Positions 43,255 through 48,453 of a stretch of DNA of 48,453 bases are shown here, piece after piece. The notes below the pieces were generated by a model, which was given only the letters and a program-made list of their open reading frames with translations, was not told the origin of the DNA and ran no database searches. Source of the DNA: an uncultured Candidatus Saccharibacteria bacterium (GTDB taxonomy: Bacteria; Patescibacteriota; Minisyncoccia; UBA6257; 2-01-FULL-56-20); contig CAZYEL010000005.1 of NCBI GenBank assembly GCA_964646415.1, positions 18,601-67,053 of the forward strand. The letters are read 5' to 3'. Every line of letters starts with the position of its first letter. The stretch's first letter is position 1. A program made the translations under genes and the position numbers.

Positions 43255-43274
43255 GTGGTGAACACGCTATCTTT

Positions 43275-44021
43275 ATGAAAACAAGAATTGTAATCCTTGC
43301 TGCTGGAAACAGCACGCGCATGAACGGTATCCCCAAGGTGCTTTTAGATATCGGCGGCACCCCGATGCTTGTGCGTGTGGTAGATGCGGCGGTTGCGTCC
43401 GGCGTGGACCGCCATCCGGTCATCGTCGTGGGAGTCCACGGCGGCGCGATGCGGCAGGCTCTCGACAACCGGTGCGACTATGTGGTGCAAGAGCGTCAGC
43501 TCGGTACAGGGCACGCGGTTCAGTGTGCCGAGTCGGCGCTCCGCGGGTTTGCGGAAACGGTCATTGTGCTCTATGGCGATAATCCGCTTATTCAGCCCCG
43601 CACAATCCGGTTGCTCGCCGAGGTGCACGAGAGGAGCATGGCGGCAATTACGATGCTTACGACGACCGTACCGGACTTTGAGGATTGGCGGAGGCCCTTC
43701 TATGACTTTGGGCGGCTTGTACGGGATGCAGGCGGGAATGTGGTGAAGAGCGTTGAGAAAAAAGATGCGAGCCCTCAAGAGCTTGGGATCAAGGAACTCA
43801 ATCCCTCGTGTTACTGCTTCACTGCGGCGTGGCTTTGGGAGCACCTTCCGAAGATTAAAAGTCATAATGCGCAAGGGGAGTATTATCTCACGGACCTCGT
43901 GCAGATTGCGATTGAGGAAGGGGCCAAGGTGGAAGCGATTCCCGTTGATGCGCACGAGGTGATTGGCGTGAACACTCCGGAGCAGCTCGAAATCGTGAGG
44001 AAGCTTTCGGAGATGCAGTAA
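43275..44021 (+). CDS. GlmU-like uridyltransferase domain only (no acetyltransferase domain)
   Basis: ILAAGNSTRM...PKVL, QERQLGTGHAV, LYGDNPL, FGRLVRD, EKKDAS, NAQGEYYLTD, GVNTPEQL; stops after 248 aa. Confidence 0.85.
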   Translation: MKTRIVILAAGNSTRMNGIPKVLLDIGGTPMLVRVVDAAVASGVDRHPVIVVGVHGGAMRQALDNRCDYVVQERQLGTGHAVQCAESALRGFAETVIVLYGDNPLIQPRTIRLLAEVHERSMAAITMLTTTVPDFEDWRRPFYDFGRLVRDAGGNVVKSVEKKDASPQELGIKELNPSCYCFTAAWLWEHLPKIKSHNAQGEYYLTDLVQIAIEEGAKVEAIPVDAHEVIGVNTPEQLEIVRKLSEMQ

Positions 44022-44032
44022 ATTCAACTGCA

Positions 44033-44803
44033 TCACTCAAGGGAATTCCAGAGCGCGTCGAAGATGAGGAACTGGGTTTTGTATATCCCCGGGTCTTCGA
44101 TGATGAGGCCGTGCGGCGCGCCGTTCTGGTTCACCGAAATCATCGCGACTTTCCCCGCGTAGAGGAGCGTGTAGGTCGGCGCGCCCTCTTCCTTCGTGAG
44201 CCATTTGCGCTCGTCCTTGCCGTGGATGTCGCCGCCAGGACCGATACCGATGGCGCGCATCGCGATTTTCCGTTTGATGCGTTCTTCGGTGAACGCGGGA
44301 AATGCGTCTTTGTGATAGAGATACGGGCGGATAGTGGAAGATGAGTATGCAGCATATTCACGCGCGGGAAGCGCTTCGGTCGCGTCGAGCACGTCCTCGA
44401 GAATGGTGCGGAGTCCCGCGTAGCCCCTGTAATACTTTACCGTGGGGCTGCTTCCCGCGGCGCGGGAGAGCGAGGAGAGTTCGGGAATAATTTCTTTGAT
44501 GGCGGCTTCGGTTGTTGCGATATCTTGTTTTCTCCGGAGGAGAAGGTTCACGAGCGCCTTTGGTTCTTCGGCGACGAAGTGTTGGCGTTTCTCTTTATGG
44601 TAGTAGGAGACCAGTCCGCGGCTCTGGAGCGCCTTGAGCGCATCATGCGTGGTACCTCTGTTGATGCCCGCGTGCTCCGCGATTTTCCTGATTGCGGTGG
44701 GTCCGAGCGAGAGAAGCGAGAGATAGACTGCCGCTTCCTTAGGGTTTAACCCAAGCCCCAGAAGGGCGGATTGCATGGCTTCTGTGATATTGGATTTTGT
44801 CAT
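44033..44803 (-). CDS. TrmB-family transcriptional regulator
   Basis: LGLNPKEAAVYLSLL...IAEHAGINRGTTHDALKAL..RGLV HTH plus a C-terminal effector domain. Confidence 0.88.
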   Translation of the reverse strand: MTKSNITEAMQSALLGLGLNPKEAAVYLSLLSLGPTAIRKIAEHAGINRGTTHDALKALQSRGLVSYYHKEKRQHFVAEEPKALVNLLLRRKQDIATTEAAIKEIIPELSSLSRAAGSSPTVKYYRGYAGLRTILEDVLDATEALPAREYAAYSSSTIRPYLYHKDAFPAFTEERIKRKIAMRAIGIGPGGDIHGKDERKWLTKEEGAPTYTLLYAGKVAMISVNQNGAPHGLIIEDPGIYKTQFLIFDALWNSLE

Positions 44804-44820
44804 CGGTTCCTTATTTAATA

Positions 44821-44921
44821 TGTCAAATTGCCTTTTTTGTCAAATTAATGCTGACAATAAAAGCTTTTATGAAGTATTATAATGTTTTGTGTCATATATA
44901 TTGTCAAAAAAATCGTTGACA
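44821..44921. promoter_or_regulatory. AT-rich divergent promoter region with TGTCA-N9/10-TGACA inverted motifs
   Basis: TGTCA-N9-TGACA 44838-44856, TGTCA-N10-TGACA 44902-44921, half-sites at 44821 and 44890; TATAAT 44878-44883. Confidence 0.55.
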
Positions 44922-45029
44922 TAAATGGCGTTGGGAATATCCTCTTTGATAAGGTAGAAGGAATTATTGGTTTTTGTTCTGTCTGCCTCCAGTCAACTTA
45001 ACAATTAAAAACCGGAAAGGAGACTTCCT

Positions 45030-45989
45030 ATGAAATGGGAAGGACTTTTGGATAGTGACAGAGTTGTTATCCCCGCACATAACGAGGAAGCCTCCATCGG
45101 CCTCGTCGTGGGTTACCTCATGGAGCACGGGCTTCGTGGGGAACAATTGCTTATCGTGGACAGCAATTGCACTGATGGGACCGTGCAAGCCGCACTTAGT
45201 GCTGCACGGGCTTACCAATCTGATGGCGCGCTCCGGGTTGTCCAGCAGAGTGAAATGCTGAAACTTTACACGCACAAGTTTGTTGTACCGTGCGGGACAG
45301 TCGAACGTGAGGCTACGCTCAGGAATGCGGGAAAGGGAGCAGCGATGTACGCGGCAGTGCTTGCGCTCAAGCGCGAGGGTCACTCGCCAGAAAGTCGCGT
45401 TTTCTTCCTTGATGGGGATATTACAAACCCGGGCAAGGTTGATATGATTGGTTGTTTGCTCAGGGCATGGGAGCGGAAGCCGAACGCTCGCATTGCGAAG
45501 CTTGCGTCCGCAGGCCGTGATAACAATGGGATGCTTTCCTTCATCAACACGCTGCCACGTCCGTACAACCAGTTGAGTAACCTTGCGTGGCCGCTTTGTG
45601 GTCAGCAGTCACTTCGGTTGGGAGACTTGCAACGTATCCCGTTTCCCACGCAGTACAGCGTGGAGGTTGCGCTCCTCGCGGTGCTCGCCGAGCTGTACGG
45701 CGGTGAATGTTTCTCACAAGAACCAATTCCTGCGCCCCTTGTAGAAGAAGCACATCCGGATGACTTGCAGCGATATGTCCGGATGTTCACCAGCATTATG
45801 TTGTTCTTAAAGGCTGTGGTTACCTACGGTCCTTTGGACAACATGGGGCGATCTGAGATTGATGCGTGGAATCGCGGATCGTGGCGTACAGTCACAGACA
45901 TTGGTGTGCCCCACGTTGCTTCGAATGGGAATGTTCGCGAAACGCTCGTAGTCGATGAACTATTGCCGCCAGTCAACAGTCTAGTCTGA
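45030..45989 (+). CDS. Glucosyl-3-phosphoglycerate synthase (GpgS)-like GT-A glycosyltransferase
   Basis: VIPAHNEE, VDSNCTDGT, GKGAAM, FLDGDI, WPLCGQ, QYSVEVALL, parallel to GpgS motifs. Confidence 0.65.
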   Translation: MKWEGLLDSDRVVIPAHNEEASIGLVVGYLMEHGLRGEQLLIVDSNCTDGTVQAALSAARAYQSDGALRVVQQSEMLKLYTHKFVVPCGTVEREATLRNAGKGAAMYAAVLALKREGHSPESRVFFLDGDITNPGKVDMIGCLLRAWERKPNARIAKLASAGRDNNGMLSFINTLPRPYNQLSNLAWPLCGQQSLRLGDLQRIPFPTQYSVEVALLAVLAELYGGECFSQEPIPAPLVEEAHPDDLQRYVRMFTSIMLFLKAVVTYGPLDNMGRSEIDAWNRGSWRTVTDIGVPHVASNGNVRETLVVDELLPPVNSLV

Positions 45990-46061
45990 ACAAGTGAGGG
46001 TGGGAATGTATGCTTTACAAGCTGCTTCCCACCCAAACCCTTATCTAGTAAACTATATTTT

Positions 46062-47150
46062 ATGAATAAGATAACCATTGGCATCATTGGCGCGGGGTAT
46101 ATCGGCAAAGAACATGCCCGTACCATCCGGCTCGTGCAGAATTTTTTCGGCAATTCGGTATCGCTCGTCGGCATTGCGGATAAAAATAAAAAGGCGGCGG
46201 AGGACGCCGCGCGCCATTTTCAGATTTCCTATGCGACGGATGATATAGATGCGGTCATAAACGACGCCCGTATCAATACTATTTTTGTGTGCCTCCCTAC
46301 AGCGTTCCATATTGACGTTGTGCGTAAGGTTGCCGCAGCGGGGAAGAATATTTTTTGCGAGAAACCCTTCGCGGTTTCTCTGGAGAAAGCAAAGGAGGTG
46401 CATCAGCTGCTGGTGAAGAATAAGATTCGGCACCAGGTTGGTTTTGTGCTCCGGTACACTCCCGCATACCATGCTTTAAAGAAAATCATCGAGCAGCGCG
46501 CGGAAGAGTCTGACCTCCGCACAATTTTACTGCGCGACGACCAAGTATTTCCCATTAAAGGACTTTCCCATTTTACGGATTGGCGCAGCAACGTGGAGCT
46601 TGCCGGTGCGGGAGTGCTTGCGGAGCATGGCATTCACGACATTGATATTCTGGAATGGTTTTTTGGGAAGATGAAAAGAGTTTCGGCACGCATCAAAAAT
46701 TATGCAGGGCACAAGGGGATTGAGGACTATATGGAGGTGCGTTTCGAAACAGAGAAGGGTGTAGCGGGCAACATGGTGCATCTCTGGCACGAAATTCAGG
46801 CACACCAATCCATACGTCATTTCGAGATATTTTTTCAAAAAGCGCTTATCGAAGCCGATACGTACGATATGCACCACATCAGCGTGCGCGATAGTGCCGC
46901 ACTGCACATTTATGAGCGTCCTGACCTCTACGCAATGATAAAGAATGACCCTCTTTTTAAGGATATTTCACACCGGGAGGACGTGGTGTTTCTTGCAGAC
47001 TACTATGCGTGCCAAGTGTATTGGTTCTTGAGGAATTTATTGGAAGGTGCCCCTCTTACGCCCACTATTGATGATGGACTGCGTGCATTCGTAATAGCCG
47101 ATGCCTGTTACCGTAGCGCCGCGAAGGACAGTGAGTGGATTATGGTGTAA
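46062..47150 (+). CDS. Gfo/Idh/MocA family oxidoreductase
   Basis: IGIIGAGYIG, CLPTAFH, CEKP, GFVLRY, GVLAEHGIHDID. Confidence 0.92.
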   Translation: MNKITIGIIGAGYIGKEHARTIRLVQNFFGNSVSLVGIADKNKKAAEDAARHFQISYATDDIDAVINDARINTIFVCLPTAFHIDVVRKVAAAGKNIFCEKPFAVSLEKAKEVHQLLVKNKIRHQVGFVLRYTPAYHALKKIIEQRAEESDLRTILLRDDQVFPIKGLSHFTDWRSNVELAGAGVLAEHGIHDIDILEWFFGKMKRVSARIKNYAGHKGIEDYMEVRFETEKGVAGNMVHLWHEIQAHQSIRHFEIFFQKALIEADTYDMHHISVRDSAALHIYERPDLYAMIKNDPLFKDISHREDVVFLADYYACQVYWFLRNLLEGAPLTPTIDDGLRAFVIADACYRSAAKDSEWIMV

Positions 47151-48176
47151 CTAACGCGCCGCAATTATCTCCCGCACTTCCTTCTCCTTGCGGAGGATGT
47201 CTTGCGTGAGAGCGACAAGGCTCTTGGCACGGGCTTTATTGTGCTCTTTGCGGGAAGGATATTTCTTCGGATTCCATCCGAAGTAGCTGTCGAGGTGCAC
47301 ATCCTTCGCAAACCGTGAGGCGAGCCCGAGCGTGACCATGGCAAACGCCTGCACAAGGTACTCTTTCATCTCCGGCGAGAGGGGCTGCACGCTGCGGTAG
47401 CCCTCAATACTGTATTTGAACCGCGGGAGGGACATCGTATTGGGAAATGCTTCCTCCGAAATGGCGCACCAGCGAAGCGCATCGCCCATGTCTACGAGCG
47501 GCGTGTGTTGCATACAGGTATCGAGGTCTATCATGCAAACACCCTTGCCGTTCCTGAATACGACATTCGAGATTTTTGGGTCGGCGTGGATGACGGTTTG
47601 CGGGAGGTCGGTGGGAAGCATGAGCGAGGGGAATTTCTCATGGATGTAGCGGTAGCTCTCGCGCTGTTCTTTATTTGGCTCATCACGCAGAAGATTTTCG
47701 TACGCCGCGCAAAACGATTTGTAGATTTCCTGTGCGTTATGAAGGAACGGTTTGCTGGCGAGGAGCTTTGCGTCAAAATCTTTCATGGCGGCATGGAACG
47801 TCGCGAGCACTTTGCCTGCCTCGGCGGCGTATTCATCATGGGGCAAGTTTTCATAGATGTCGCCTTCGATGAATGTGGTGAGGCGCCACACTTTTCCCGG
47901 AGCTTCCTTGTGGAATAGGGCCCCGTCATTGGTGTGAATAATACGGGGAGCAATCACGCCCTTGTGCGCAAGGTGTGCTGTTACTCGCTCCATATCCCGA
48001 ACCGTCGCTTCATCAAAAACTTTTCCCAACAATTGGAGGATATATTTCCCGCTTTCGGCCTTAACGCGGTAGGTGGTATTGATGTGCCCGGAAAGGATGG
48101 GGGATATGTTTTCTATTTGCCCGATGGAGTAATGGGCAAGCACTTCGCGAACACTCTTTTCGTCTATGCCGTTCAT
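47151..48176 (-). CDS. N-acetylhexosamine 1-kinase (NahK)-like APH-fold kinase
   Basis: GHINTTY, YILQ, WRL, HADPKISN, IDLDT, DMGDALR, RF..D...SYF, EHN.AR; motif order matches NahK as I recall it. Confidence 0.7.
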   Translation of the reverse strand: MNGIDEKSVREVLAHYSIGQIENISPILSGHINTTYRVKAESGKYILQLLGKVFDEATVRDMERVTAHLAHKGVIAPRIIHTNDGALFHKEAPGKVWRLTTFIEGDIYENLPHDEYAAEAGKVLATFHAAMKDFDAKLLASKPFLHNAQEIYKSFCAAYENLLRDEPNKEQRESYRYIHEKFPSLMLPTDLPQTVIHADPKISNVVFRNGKGVCMIDLDTCMQHTPLVDMGDALRWCAISEEAFPNTMSLPRFKYSIEGYRSVQPLSPEMKEYLVQAFAMVTLGLASRFAKDVHLDSYFGWNPKKYPSRKEHNKARAKSLVALTQDILRKEKEVREIIAAR

Positions 48177-48192
48177 GGCAATATTCGCAGGA

Positions 48193-48221
48193 ATTATACA
48201 CAATTCCCATACCATTGACAG
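48193..48221 (-). promoter_or_regulatory. Probable sigma70 promoter of the kinase
   Basis: CTGTCA (48221-48216), 17 bp, TATAAT (48198-48193). Confidence 0.55.
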
Positions 48222-48453
48222 CTTTGCTGTTATCCTTATACTTTCCTTTGCGACAGGTTCGATGGGGTGCTCACGTTGTGCTTGGTTAATTAATGGTAGT
48301 GAGCTTTTCGAACTATGATACACGACCGACTTTTGAAAAGTACCTTGCCGTTTCGCGTTGCGGAGCCGCAAGGGATATATCGGAATCAAACCAATAAAAG
48401 TTTTTTAGTTGTTCCAATTACGTTTTAGCAATTTCGTAAAAATTGCAGTGCGA

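Noticed and set aside
45998-46034. Riboswitch or sRNA in the GGGTGGGAA/TTCCCACCC hairpin
   Set aside because: 9-bp stem only, no recognisable aptamer motif and no U-tract; function cannot be supported.

Overview
Gene-dense bacterial window in the standard code (TGA acts as stop, e.g. in ATGA overlaps). It is probably from a Patescibacteria/CPR, Parcubacteria-like genome; that is an inference from gene style and intergenic repeats. Housekeeping genes: proS, mreB-mreC-mreD-pbp2, galT, rplU, a tandem-domain ddl, rnhA, rnpB, aspS, an N-terminally truncated prfA and rpmE. Five main observations. (1) A tightly coupled 8-gene locus (34787-42824) has two stand-alone receivers, an Acg-type nitroreductase, a Leu/Phe/Val dehydrogenase, a PaaK-like ligase, an Rv1355c-type ThiF enzyme, an alpha/beta hydrolase and a multi-TM histidine kinase; it reads like a make-sense-degrade small-molecule signalling circuit. 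(2) Seven ~564-600 aa Cys-rich paralogs lie in two tandem arrays; three share a double AAGGTTNAACCTT palindrome before the start codon, and two are bracketed by an exact 30-bp direct repeat of another paralog's 3' end. (3) A SAM-I riboswitch and a fluoride riboswitch each sit over an orphan ORF rather than a canonical target. (4) A NahK-like kinase and an acetyltransferase-less GlmU suggest GlcNAc salvage, next to a TrmB regulator. (5) There are many heptamer arrays, REP-like palindromes and a MITE-like element, some inserted in frame in proteins. All family calls are by eye from motifs; no database search was run.
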